From: a virus | Direction: 5' to 3' (one strand) | Virus record (IMG/VR): IMGVR_UViG_3300036790_000386 | Span: 37,928 to 101,927 of that record | Length of the DNA stretch: 64,000 nucleotides | Shown: positions 20,372 through 29,732 of the stretch, piece by piece | How positions within the stretch are numbered: the first letter of the stretch is position 1 | Layout of the letters: every line of letters starts with the position of its first letter | Translations under genes and position numbers: made by a program | The notes under the pieces: generated by a model | Database searches by the model: none | Told to the model about the DNA's origin: nothing | The model's input: the letters and a program-made list of their open reading frames with translations, nothing else

Positions 20372-20824
20372 TTAGTACTCCAGTACAACCAATTCTTTGC
20401 TAGTGCTGATACCTAGAAGTTTAGTTGTAGTATTACGTTTGACAGCAGCAACAACTAGCGGATCACTAGAAGCAAGAAGCTTCTGAAGCGCGATGTGAGC
20501 AGCAAGCGTAACATTACGATTTTCAGCAGATGCTCGAATTTGCGCTGCTGCGAGAGTGTGCTTTACATGAGCTTCAGCATCAGATGAAGAACCAACGGCT
20601 CCAGCAATAAAACGTTTCTTACGAGCTTCGTTCAGAAGTGGCGCAGCTTTCAGTCGTTCCAGATGCCTTTTACTTGCAAGAGCAGCTTCTGCTTTCTTTT
20701 CCAATTTTTCGACTTCCAAAAGTAGTGAACGTTTCCCTTCAAGATTCGATGGAGCAGCGTGGATTTCTGCCAGCTTTTCATGCCACACCGCAGCAGGAAG
20801 CATTTTTGGACGCAACATATTCAT
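20372..20824 (-). CDS. Hypothetical helical basic protein
   Basis: ORF with RBS in the neck cluster. Confidence 0.5.
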   Translation of the reverse strand: MNMLRPKMLPAAVWHEKLAEIHAAPSNLEGKRSLLLEVEKLEKKAEAALASKRHLERLKAAPLLNEARKKRFIAGAVGSSSDAEAHVKHTLAAAQIRASAENRNVTLAAHIALQKLLASSDPLVVAAVKRNTTTKLLGISTSKELVVLEY

Positions 20825-20842
20825 TCTCCATTTTAAAATGCA

Positions 20843-21259
20843 CTAAGAATCAACTCCTTGAGGGGAATTGTCAATATAATCAAGTGAAACAGCGATCACC
20901 TTAACATAGCCAGGATTATAGTTGGAGTAGTCATCTAATGCTGTGACTAGATATTTATCGTTATTCCAAACTATAATATCAGGGCCATAGATATTTGGAT
21001 CATTAGGTCTTATCGCTGGACCCCGTAAAAGAAAAGGAGTTGTAATTGACAATGCTTTATATTCAGTTTGCATGTCAGTTTCGCGCCGCAAAGAGTCAGG
21101 CACAAATGGTGTTACAGTCCCACGAGCCGCAATTGGAAGAGATTGTTTAAAAACAGCTCTACCATTAGAATTAAGTGTTTGTGTTTGTCTGATAACTAAA
21201 AAGAAATCAAGAGTTTCAGGAGAAAGAATTGCATCCTTCATATCAAAAGGAACAACCAT
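20843..21259 (-). CDS. Head closure/head-tail joining protein
   Basis: PDIIVW...Y.V...DYS pattern; synteny. Confidence 0.6.
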   Translation of the reverse strand: MVVPFDMKDAILSPETLDFFLVIRQTQTLNSNGRAVFKQSLPIAARGTVTPFVPDSLRRETDMQTEYKALSITTPFLLRGPAIRPNDPNIYGPDIIVWNNDKYLVTALDDYSNYNPGYVKVIAVSLDYIDNSPQGVDS

Positions 21260-21268
21260 AGCAACTCC

Positions 21269-21880
21269 TTAAGGAATAATGTTGCGCCCAACTCTACGAA
21301 GCAGAGTTTGCGGACTAGCTGGAAGAATTTCTCTAAGTTTATCTGAGAGAAATACTCGTTGATTATTTCTATCGATCATATATGAAAGCGCATTGCGCAT
21401 TCGTCCGGTTTCAATAAGTGGTGTTGTTAAAGATATTCCAGCACGTAAACGATACCAAAGCGTTGCACCTGCAAGACCTCTAACTGCGCCAAATAAAATA
21501 TAAGCGCGTACAGCATTTCTACCAGTGCGCCCCATAATAATTAAGCTATCTCTAGGTGAACCTTTCGTTAAAACTTCTCTTATCGCTGGTCCCAAGAGTC
21601 TGATTATCGTTGGCATAGCAGAATAAATACCAGGTATCAGAGTTGGCCGAGGTGGAATATTTAACGCTGGATCGCCATATTCATTTATGTAAGCAAGTTC
21701 AGGATTAGTTGCAGTAACACCTTCACGACGAAGTTCGTCAGTAGCCATTACTTCACGTTCGCGGTATTCATATGGATAACCAATTTTAACTTGATATTGC
21801 TCAAGTTCTGAAAGCGCAGATCGAATCAAAGACATTTTATCAATAGTAACTTTTGTTCCGATCTGCGTTATAACTTTCAT
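21269..21880 (-). CDS. Neck/tail completion protein
   Basis: INEYG....IPPRP and PLIETG.MR motifs; likely start MKVITQ. Confidence 0.7.
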   Translation of the reverse strand: MKVITQIGTKVTIDKMSLIRSALSELEQYQVKIGYPYEYREREVMATDELRREGVTATNPELAYINEYGDPALNIPPRPTLIPGIYSAMPTIIRLLGPAIREVLTKGSPRDSLIIMGRTGRNAVRAYILFGAVRGLAGATLWYRLRAGISLTTPLIETGRMRNALSYMIDRNNQRVFLSDKLREILPASPQTLLRRVGRNIIP

Positions 21881-22422
21881 TAATAAATTCCTGAACCTGG
21901 AGAACCTGGAAGCCAAGGAGGTGGACCAGCCCAACCTGGGCCATTTTGTCCGCCAGTTGGATCACAGCCAATACCAATTTGAAGTGGAACTGCACCAACA
22001 ACACGAGCAAGACGAATAAATCGTCTGCCATACATTGTTAGGTTCCAATGGCCTGCATCTTTTTCAATACCACCATTAGAGTCATAGTTTACATTAACAC
22101 CATTTACAGTACGACCACTAATAGCACCGCCAACTGTGCCTGGAGTTGCATTAATAGAAGATGCATCTTGAGACTGAACTTCAAGAGCAAGGTTATGAGC
22201 AGTAAAAAGCTCAATACCATGATCCTGTAGAGAGCGAGGGCTAGAAGCTCCAGGTGGAGTATAGGTTCCTGGAGTTGTATCCCAAAAAGAAGTTCCATAA
22301 GCAGTTTGAGTCAGCATAAGATAAGCAATGCTGATCCAATATTGAACAGAAGATTGAAGAAATCTACCTTGGTTCGAAAATTCAGGATAATCTGCTACAA
22401 AATCTTCGTAACCGACGGTCAT
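21880..22422 (-). CDS. Head-tail adaptor (DUF4054-like)
   Basis: F..DYPEF, LFTAH.L and WNLT.YG motifs. Confidence 0.85.
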   Translation of the reverse strand: MTVGYEDFVADYPEFSNQGRFLQSSVQYWISIAYLMLTQTAYGTSFWDTTPGTYTPPGASSPRSLQDHGIELFTAHNLALEVQSQDASSINATPGTVGGAISGRTVNGVNVNYDSNGGIEKDAGHWNLTMYGRRFIRLARVVGAVPLQIGIGCDPTGGQNGPGWAGPPPWLPGSPGSGIY

Positions 22423-22425
22423 TGG

Positions 22426-23088
22426 TTAATCTTTCCCGTAAGACTCCGGTGGAACACCTGGACCTTCGACTGGATAGTCAGAAGGCAAAGAAGAAGGTGT
22501 TGAGGTGAAAGTCTCTGTTTCGCCCCAATAACGTTTATTTGCTGAGTTGACCTCAGAGAGGGACAAATCTTTCTTTTCGTAGGATGGTGCCACCGATGGT
22601 TTATCATAGCCAGACTTGCTTATTGACTTATCACTTGGTGAATTTATAAGTCCCATATTTGGGCGATATAGAGGATCTTCAATGCCTTTTGGCTCCAAGT
22701 AGCTGTGGACATTCTGACCTTCACCCATAGCACTCGGCATGGCTGATTCTGTTGGCATATCCATTCTAGAAGCTTCCATTGGATTTTCCAGCATAGAATG
22801 TTCGCCTTGAACAATTGGTCTCTCGCCTGGTTGCCAATTTTCAGGCTGACGATCCCCCCAAAATTCAGCATTTTTTTGATTTAATCCGCCAAGTGTTTCT
22901 GAACTTGGTTGTGTCTGACGAGTTCCATATTCAGGGACAGCTTTCATAGGCCCACCTGCACTTTCATCTGAATGGCGAGCTTTATTTAAAGCTGCTGCCA
23001 CAGCTTGTTTCTGAGGATGACCACTGTGAACCATCTCAGAAATATTGTGTGAAATAGTTTTTTGAGATTTTCCTTTACTCAGTGGCAT
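22426..23088 (-). CDS. Hypothetical protein with conserved phage N-terminal motif and low-complexity tail
   Basis: MPL.KGKS..TIS.NI.E...G.PQKQAVA.AL..AR. Confidence 0.6.
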   Translation of the reverse strand: MPLSKGKSQKTISHNISEMVHSGHPQKQAVAAALNKARHSDESAGGPMKAVPEYGTRQTQPSSETLGGLNQKNAEFWGDRQPENWQPGERPIVQGEHSMLENPMEASRMDMPTESAMPSAMGEGQNVHSYLEPKGIEDPLYRPNMGLINSPSDKSISKSGYDKPSVAPSYEKKDLSLSEVNSANKRYWGETETFTSTPSSLPSDYPVEGPGVPPESYGKD

Positions 23089-23099
23089 CTCTTAATTAC

Positions 23100-23405
23100 C
23101 TATTTGGTTGTTGTTTTTGTTGGTTTCAGCATTTCAGCTTGACGCTGAGCTTCTTTTGCTTCCTGTACTGCGGTATCTTCCGGCTTTACTGGTAAAGAAG
23201 CTGCAAGTTGATTATCTTCTGGATTTGGAACAGATGCTGGTTTGATTTTACCATCAACTGGAACTCTCCGACCAACAAAATCAAAAATTTTATTATGAGC
23301 AAGAATTTCGTCATCAACTTCCTGTTTACCAGGACCGTACCATGTAAAAACATTGGCCGGATGTTGGATGCGAACTTTTTTCGGGAAAAAGTATTCAGCC
23401 ATCAA
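23100..23405 (-). CDS. Hypothetical virion-associated protein
   Basis: ORF in head cluster. Confidence 0.5.
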   Translation of the reverse strand: MMAEYFFPKKVRIQHPANVFTWYGPGKQEVDDEILAHNKIFDFVGRRVPVDGKIKPASVPNPEDNQLAASLPVKPEDTAVQEAKEAQRQAEMLKPTKTTTK

Positions 23406-23802
23406 ACTTTACTCCTTGATAGGGATTAGAAATTTTAAACTCAGCTTCATCAATAAGGGTTGAAGTACCTCTATATGGCCAAGCACGTTTAATCGCCTCT
23501 GCAATTTCTTCTCTATTAACTGACGGGCACTCACGCAGCAATGCTATTACTGCGCGGCGCAAGTTCAGTTCGGTTAGATCTTCTCGTACAACTTTGATCC
23601 AGCCAAGTCGTGGAATCACCAATACAATTAGCTTTGGAAAATCAATTCCTTTTCTCTTTGCATTTTTACGGTGTTCTTCAATAAACTCCTGAATAGATAG
23701 AAGTTCATTGCTGTCTAGATCTTCACCTAACCAAGAAGATAGTCCCTCAGTTAGGCCGACCAATTCCATACACACAGCTGGATCATCTTCATCTTGATGC
23801 AC
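23395..23802 (-). CDS. Hypothetical protein
   Basis: ORF with RBS downstream of the major capsid gene. Confidence 0.5.
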   Translation of the reverse strand: MHQDEDDPAVCMELVGLTEGLSSWLGEDLDSNELLSIQEFIEEHRKNAKRKGIDFPKLIVLVIPRLGWIKVVREDLTELNLRRAVIALLRECPSVNREEIAEAIKRAWPYRGTSTLIDEAEFKISNPYQGVKFDG

Positions 23803-23829
23803 GTTAAAATCCTAACCAGTAAGTCAGTC

Positions 23830-24930
23830 TTAGATACCATCGCGATATGCGACAGTTTCAGGATACACAACTTCCAGCACGCCAAGACGGCAGAAATATG
23901 TGGACTTGTGATAGATACCATCGTACTGGATAGGTGTACGCTGAAGCAGAGTCATTGGATAGCGAAGGCGCTCTGGATCTTTGGTGTAGGCAACCATACG
24001 ATCGACTGTACCAAGAGTACCAACAGTACCACCAATACCGGCACCAATCAGCCACTTCAATGGAAAGATCTTCAACTTGGCAACGCCTGAAGAAGTCAGC
24101 AGATTGTTTTCAAGAAGATAACGCAGAATAGATACGTTACCAGCAGCAGAGACAATCTGAGTAGAAACATAGGAATACTGAGCAGGAGGCAGAAGCAGGC
24201 GGTTGGGTGGGAATGCCCAGCCAGAGGTTGCCCATGTATTATTCAGAATTTCATTAACGTCATTCAGAATTTCTGGTGGAGTCTTGTTAACCCATTGAGT
24301 GGCATTAGTAGCACCAACAGCAACAGTAGCAACATTGGAAACTTGACCAAGATTTGCACTGGAGTTGTTATAATTAACAACACCATATTCAGCAAACTCA
24401 GTATCGCCGTAATACACCATTTCGTCAATGTCCATCTGGTGCTTCAGCTGCATACCGAAGAACTTTTGCTGATCAATAGGACGACCAACAAGAGCAGATG
24501 ACTCAAGTTCAAGAATGGTATACTTCAGTTCCATTGACCAGGGACGCAGAGCATGGGGAATCTTAGCAATATCAACTGAGATACCAGTAATCTGCGTAGT
24601 ATCTTTGCCGACCCAAGATTTACCGTTGCCAATGCCAACGCCAGAGGTACCGATGTTTGCGCCTGCCGCAGAACCATAGGTGGACAGTGTAAAGCTGGAC
24701 ACCTCGTTTGCAATGGTCACATCTTCTCGAAGATCAATATCACGACCCCAAGTAACAGCAGCCAGTGGTTCATGCAAACGCAGGTCTAAGCGCTCAAGCT
24801 CGCCAACTAGAAATGAACCAGTGGAGTCAGCAACCTTGCCATCTGCCATCTTAACACGCATTGGCAAAGTTTTGCCTCGCATATTACCTTGCGCATCATG
24901 CGAATATTCGCGTCCATCAAAAGTCATCAT
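23830..24930 (-). CDS. Major capsid protein (DUF2184-like, HK97 fold)
   Basis: FLVGELERLD, TWGRDIDLRED and C-terminal YPET..Y.DGI. Confidence 0.9.
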   Translation of the reverse strand: MMTFDGREYSHDAQGNMRGKTLPMRVKMADGKVADSTGSFLVGELERLDLRLHEPLAAVTWGRDIDLREDVTIANEVSSFTLSTYGSAAGANIGTSGVGIGNGKSWVGKDTTQITGISVDIAKIPHALRPWSMELKYTILELESSALVGRPIDQQKFFGMQLKHQMDIDEMVYYGDTEFAEYGVVNYNNSSANLGQVSNVATVAVGATNATQWVNKTPPEILNDVNEILNNTWATSGWAFPPNRLLLPPAQYSYVSTQIVSAAGNVSILRYLLENNLLTSSGVAKLKIFPLKWLIGAGIGGTVGTLGTVDRMVAYTKDPERLRYPMTLLQRTPIQYDGIYHKSTYFCRLGVLEVVYPETVAYRDGI

Positions 24931-24959
24931 AATTAAATTCCTTTGCCTTTCAATTGGTC

Positions 24960-25490
24960 TTAAAGATTGAACGCGATTTCAGCAATGCCATTAGAGTCCG
25001 CACCTGAATTAAAATAAGTCTGACCATCAGCGCTCAAACCAATGCAACCAGCAGCGGAAGTTGCTTCAAATCCACCCTGTGTATGCACGCCCGAAGAAGC
25101 CGAGCACCAAACATAAACAGTACCGCCCTTGACTGGAGTACCGACAACTGGAGCCATAATATAGCCAGATTTCAGTACGTCCATTGCATTGGCTGGAGTT
25201 GGCCCATTGCCTGAAGTAAAGCCCTGAGCAAAATCAGCTTCACCCCAGTTTTCAGTTGCAGTAACCTGCTGAATAGGAAACTGACGAACCACAACACCAG
25301 AAACAGAAGAAGTACCTGTATCACCAAGCTGCATGACACGAAATGTACCAGTTGCAGTATAGATACCGCATGTGCCAAAATAAATAATAGGATAAGTAGA
25401 GTCATTAATATTAGGCTCGATAGAAGCTGGATGCGTGCGGTTCACGTCACCTGCAAACCCCGCTCCCATACGATATTGAAACGCAACCAT
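24960..25490 (-). CDS. Minor capsid/decoration protein
   Basis: YRMGAGFAGDV.R pattern; lies upstream of the major capsid gene. Confidence 0.7.
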   Translation of the reverse strand: MVAFQYRMGAGFAGDVNRTHPASIEPNINDSTYPIIYFGTCGIYTATGTFRVMQLGDTGTSSVSGVVVRQFPIQQVTATENWGEADFAQGFTSGNGPTPANAMDVLKSGYIMAPVVGTPVKGGTVYVWCSASSGVHTQGGFEATSAAGCIGLSADGQTYFNSGADSNGIAEIAFNL

Positions 25491-25526
25491 TTTAAATACC
25501 TTTCCTTACGAATGGAATAATTGAAA

Positions 25527-27179
25527 TTAGCGAGTCGAGCCGCCGGTGCCCCAGATTTCGCTGGATTTTTCGTCGATACGCTTACGCAGATCGGCAAGAG
25601 AAGAAACCGTCCCAGCTTGATGGGCTGCCGAGTGTGGATTACCGCCAGTAACCTGAACAAAGGCTTGATTATTACGGTCACGGTAGACAGAAGCCAACGC
25701 ACGATAAGTTGTTCCAATGGAATCGCAAGTCATGCGTCGCATGTCGGCTCCACCAGTAATATTTTCCAAATCAGTAGCTTTCTCCATATCATGAGAAACA
25801 TGATTCAAAATACGGCGACGGAAACCGCAAATAGCGGTAACAGCCGAAACTGGATTTGAACGAGAATCAAAAGTTGGAACGCGAACACCTGGAACAATGA
25901 TTTCAGCATCAGCTACAACTGCTTCCCAAAGACTCTGGAGACGTACAGCAGCATCAGCAGCGCGACGACGCTTATCACCAACTCCAGCATTAACTGCTGA
26001 AGAAGAACCGGCTGGAGCTTCTGCACCAAATCCGCGTGGAATTTTCTTTGACGCAACTGTCACCGGACCTGGATGATCGCTTTCAATTGCAGTGCCTTCG
26101 TTGTAATCAGCGCCTTCATAGATACCTTTATTAGGCTCATGATTATACTGAGGTGTTTCACGATGCAAATTAGCTTCATCTCCGAAATTACCCATACCAT
26201 CACCTTCGGTGTCTTCTCCGCCACCTTCGGCCCCAACTTCAAGCTCTCCACCTTCATTGCCTTCTTCACCAATACCAAGAGCTTGGCAAATTTGGCCTAC
26301 TTGGCTTTTTAGTGCTTCAACATCAGCTGCAACTGTCGCAAGATCAGCAGTTGGAGCAGCTGGTGCAGCAGCAGGCGCTGCCGCTGGAGTAGGTAAAGTA
26401 GAAGTATTTGGAACTGTAGGCGGCATAGCATCTTCTCCTGCAGAATGTGGGTGTAAATGAATATGAGTATGATCGCCGTCACCAGAAGTAAGTTCTGCTG
26501 CTTTCTTCTGACCTTCAACGGCCAAATTTGCTAATTCGCCGGCATCGGTGGTCTTTGTAGCTTTAGACAAAAGTTCACCGATCCAACCAAATTTATTCTC
26601 AGCTGGCATTGATTGATTCTCCACTTGAGTTGGTGCACTGTCGTAAATTCGACATTTTGGTCCACACCGAGCAGAATCAACCAATGCGACATGATTGCCG
26701 ATTATATTAATCTGCCTCGCTTTACCCGGACCCATTTGCTCGTATTCAGCATCATAGCCACAAGATAGCTCTCTCTTAGATTTATTGAGAACCATATCAA
26801 TAGCTAATTCATCAGTAATCAAAAGATCCGCTAGAACTACATCATCTTGTACTCCAGTCCCTCGGCGTGGATTTAAAACTACTCCGACAGCTAAATCACG
26901 CCAATTTTCAGGTGTAACATCAACTACTGAGCCATCTTGAGTTGGATGCTCAATAACAAATGGTTTACCTGAATAAGAGGCTAAAGACTCTGGTTTAAAT
27001 ACTTCTTCAGGCGGACGATCAACATGAATAAAACCATTACCATCTGGCTGAAATGGCATTTCGTCTGAAGTATAAAGTTGAACTCCTGTACGCGCTATAA
27101 TCGTATCTTTACACAGCAGAAAACCTTCTGGTGTTTTGAACATTTTATCGCTAAGTTGCTCAGTGAAATAAAATCGCAT
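25527..27179 (-). CDS. Prohead protease/scaffold (DUF2213-like)
   Basis: TPEGFL, ARTGVQ.Y, ELSCGY and NHVALV..ARCG motifs. Confidence 0.9.
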   Translation of the reverse strand: MRFYFTEQLSDKMFKTPEGFLLCKDTIIARTGVQLYTSDEMPFQPDGNGFIHVDRPPEEVFKPESLASYSGKPFVIEHPTQDGSVVDVTPENWRDLAVGVVLNPRRGTGVQDDVVLADLLITDELAIDMVLNKSKRELSCGYDAEYEQMGPGKARQINIIGNHVALVDSARCGPKCRIYDSAPTQVENQSMPAENKFGWIGELLSKATKTTDAGELANLAVEGQKKAAELTSGDGDHTHIHLHPHSAGEDAMPPTVPNTSTLPTPAAAPAAAPAAPTADLATVAADVEALKSQVGQICQALGIGEEGNEGGELEVGAEGGGEDTEGDGMGNFGDEANLHRETPQYNHEPNKGIYEGADYNEGTAIESDHPGPVTVASKKIPRGFGAEAPAGSSSAVNAGVGDKRRRAADAAVRLQSLWEAVVADAEIIVPGVRVPTFDSRSNPVSAVTAICGFRRRILNHVSHDMEKATDLENITGGADMRRMTCDSIGTTYRALASVYRDRNNQAFVQVTGGNPHSAAHQAGTVSSLADLRKRIDEKSSEIWGTGGSTR

Positions 27180-27185
27180 TGGAAT

Positions 27186-27521
27186 TTACTTTCTACCAGC
27201 TTCCGCTTTATGTTCAAATTTCTTAGTACCAAATTTCTTGCGGCCAATAGACGCCGCAAGACCAGCAGGATCAGAAATCCCTTTCTCATGACTCAACTTA
27301 GATTCAAGCTTTTTAAATCCAAGATGTTCATCTTGATTGTGACCGATACCTTTAAAAGTATCGCTAGCACCAGGCACTGCGGTTGTTGGCATAGCATGTC
27401 CACCACAACCGCAATCATGAACCGCCGGCTTAGCGACGTTCTTTGGCATTGGTGCACTATTCATAGGTGCACCACCTAGTTTGCCATTATAGAAATGAAG
27501 ATGAATATGGTGTTCTGCCAT
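27186..27521 (-). CDS. Small basic head-associated protein
   Basis: HHIHLH N-terminus; DPAGLAASIGRKKFG motif. Confidence 0.6.
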   Translation of the reverse strand: MAEHHIHLHFYNGKLGGAPMNSAPMPKNVAKPAVHDCGCGGHAMPTTAVPGASDTFKGIGHNQDEHLGFKKLESKLSHEKGISDPAGLAASIGRKKFGTKKFEHKAEAGRK

Positions 27522-27526
27522 CTAAC

Positions 27527-27994
27527 TTAATGATAATAAACATCAAGATGAGTAGCAGCGGTCAAAGTTGTATGATCACCATCAGCAATAGCAGAAGTCA
27601 CACAATACCCTGTAAATGGGCCAACACCATACTGGTCATTCAGAATTGTGCGGCTAACACCGGAAGGAATAACAACCAAAGCAGACACAGTTGTCAAGGA
27701 ACAAGTTGGCGCCGCAGTTGTGCCAGAATAGAAATGCACAAACTCTTGAGCACCAGCTGTTGCTTGAATATCATAAACTGCATTACCTGTCGTAGACAAA
27801 AGACTGGTAATTGTAACACCAGAAACTGCAACAGTATCCTGAATTTTCAACCCTGGACCAGTCGGTACAAGACCAAAATTCTGCTGAGGAGAACCAAGTG
27901 CTGGTGGAGTGTATGCATAAGCACTTGCTAGGCCAAAGCTGGTTGTAAGAGCCGCCATAGCAGCACCCACGCCAAAATTAAGAATTTTCGACAT
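27527..27994 (-). CDS. Beta-rich protein with signal-peptide-like N-terminus (paralogue A)
   Basis: Clear similarity to 28028..28507. Confidence 0.65.
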   Translation of the reverse strand: MSKILNFGVGAAMAALTTSFGLASAYAYTPPALGSPQQNFGLVPTGPGLKIQDTVAVSGVTITSLLSTTGNAVYDIQATAGAQEFVHFYSGTTAAPTCSLTTVSALVVIPSGVSRTILNDQYGVGPFTGYCVTSAIADGDHTTLTAATHLDVYYH

Positions 27995-28027
27995 AAAGAA
28001 TTCTCCTTTTGATCAGATTGGCGCTAC

Positions 28028-28507
28028 TTACTTGTAGTAAACATCTACATCATCGCCAGCAAGCAATGCTGTTGTGTCGCCATTAGCTGCAAGACCTGTT
28101 GCACAGAAACCAACACCGCCAGCAAAGCCAACACCATACTGGTCATTTAAAATGACACGCGTTGTTGCCGACGCTGGAAGCTCAACAAGAGCAGAAACTG
28201 TTGTCAATGAGCAAGTTGGCGCTGCTGTAACCCCAGCATATAGATGCAGCCAAACAGGTGAAGTACTAGGCACAAAACCTTCAACATCAAAAACAGTACC
28301 AGTCGAAGATTTAACAAGTACGGACATAACAGAAGTTGTGCTGACATTGTGAGTAACACTGAGACCAGAACCAGCAGGCTCAAGACCCATATTCTGCTGA
28401 GGCGAACCAAGACTTGGTGGTGTATAAGCATATGCGTTTGCAGTGCCCAAACCAACGGTAAGTGCTGCAACCGCAACGCCTTTACCAAAATTAAGAATCT
28501 TCGTCAT
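28028..28507 (-). CDS. Beta-rich protein with signal-peptide-like N-terminus (paralogue B)
   Basis: Shared KILNFG, AYAYTPP.LGSPQQN, AAPTCSLTTVSALV and ILNDQYGVG. Confidence 0.65.
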   Translation of the reverse strand: MTKILNFGKGVAVAALTVGLGTANAYAYTPPSLGSPQQNMGLEPAGSGLSVTHNVSTTSVMSVLVKSSTGTVFDVEGFVPSTSPVWLHLYAGVTAAPTCSLTTVSALVELPASATTRVILNDQYGVGFAGGVGFCATGLAANGDTTALLAGDDVDVYYK

Positions 28508-28534
28508 AATTTATTGCCCTTCAAATGAAACTCA

Positions 28535-28795
28535 TTAAACCCATGTGTTCCAATTTACAATAGAACCGCTTTTTGGATAAACTACAGGAAGCCCACTTAG
28601 TCCACGATTCCCTAGTAAGGTTGTAATTGGAAGAGTTCCACCAAAAGAATTTTGACCTTGGCCTGAACTCCGTGGAGTATTTCTGGGAATCTGCTGTATA
28701 TTGACAGCATTGAAACTCTTCTTTTCTGGAAGAATAGTGCGACTACGTAACCCTGGCCTACCAATAAAAGTCAAAGGACACGAGGGATACACCAC
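28535..28795 (-). CDS. Hypothetical protein
   Basis: ORF with AAGGAG RBS. Confidence 0.45.
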   Translation of the reverse strand: MVYPSCPLTFIGRPGLRSRTILPEKKSFNAVNIQQIPRNTPRSSGQGQNSFGGTLPITTLLGNRGLSGLPVVYPKSGSIVNWNTWV

Positions 28796-28804
28796 ACAAA
28801 CTCC

Positions 28805-28978
28805 TTATCGATGAAAGAAAGGATGAAAATAAAATGGAGGCACAACATAAACAGGAGGTGCAACATAAATAGGCGCGGAACCATAATTACACTCTGTTCC
28901 AACAAACGAAGTCTCACATTCTGCAACACAACCAGACAAAGCCAAGCTAAAAACAAGTAATACAAGAATTTCAGCCAT
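28805..28978 (-). CDS. Small putative lipoprotein
   Basis: Hydrophobic N-terminus with LSGC lipobox-like motif; Pro-rich tail. Confidence 0.4.
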   Translation of the reverse strand: MAEILVLLVFSLALSGCVAECETSFVGTECNYGSAPIYVAPPVYVVPPFYFHPFFHR

Positions 28979-29732
28979 ACTCAGGCTCCTTGGTGCCATT
29001 TTGTATGTCTCCTAATTCAATTTTATCGGACATACTCAAAATTTCAAAAAGAGCGTCAATTCCAGCTTCAACATGTACGCCATTTTTAATCAATGGCTTC
29101 ACTTTAGAGGCTGGAATAATCAAATCAACCTGACTTCCACTTCTCAAAAAACTAAAACGCTCATTCTGATGGAAATAAGCATTCTGTTTAGTCGAAAATG
29201 GTGTAATTGTATTAACTTCATCATCTGCAATTTGAACTACATAGTATTTGAAGCCTAAAACAGGGCAAAAAACTGTATTCACAAACCTTGCGTTATAGAC
29301 TTCATAGCCGGAATACTTAAAATTAACAATATCTTTTAAAATATCATTTTCAGTCATAAGCATCGGCGCGTTATAGCTCAAAATTGAAGGCAAAGCACGG
29401 TAATAGACAATTCCGTTTGTCGGCATACGATTAATATGCACATCGTAATAAGTCATAAAAATTCCAGCTACAAAATAGCTTTTTTCTTCAAGTTCTTCAT
29501 CAACTATTTCACTAATTTTGTGATGTTTTCCTTTGAATTCTATAGAACCGTCAGCTGAAACTTCTGAAAGATAAAGCAAAACACCATCAGCAGGTGAATA
29601 CAACACTGACGAGTCCATAATTCGGCTTCTGTATGGATCGCGAAAGAACAAAACCTCCGACATGAGCCTTTCAGAAACTGGATTAAATGCTTCACTGGTC
29701 TCTTTTGCCCAATCTTCAAGATTTTTAGCCAT
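28971..29732 (-). CDS. Phosphatidylserine decarboxylase-family (pyruvoyl) enzyme
   Basis: FFRDP, SPADG, IFMTYYDVHINRMP and SGSQVD (GS autocleavage site). Confidence 0.85.
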   Translation of the reverse strand: MAKNLEDWAKETSEAFNPVSERLMSEVLFFRDPYRSRIMDSSVLYSPADGVLLYLSEVSADGSIEFKGKHHKISEIVDEELEEKSYFVAGIFMTYYDVHINRMPTNGIVYYRALPSILSYNAPMLMTENDILKDIVNFKYSGYEVYNARFVNTVFCPVLGFKYYVVQIADDEVNTITPFSTKQNAYFHQNERFSFLRSGSQVDLIIPASKVKPLIKNGVHVEAGIDALFEILSMSDKIELGDIQNGTKEPEYG

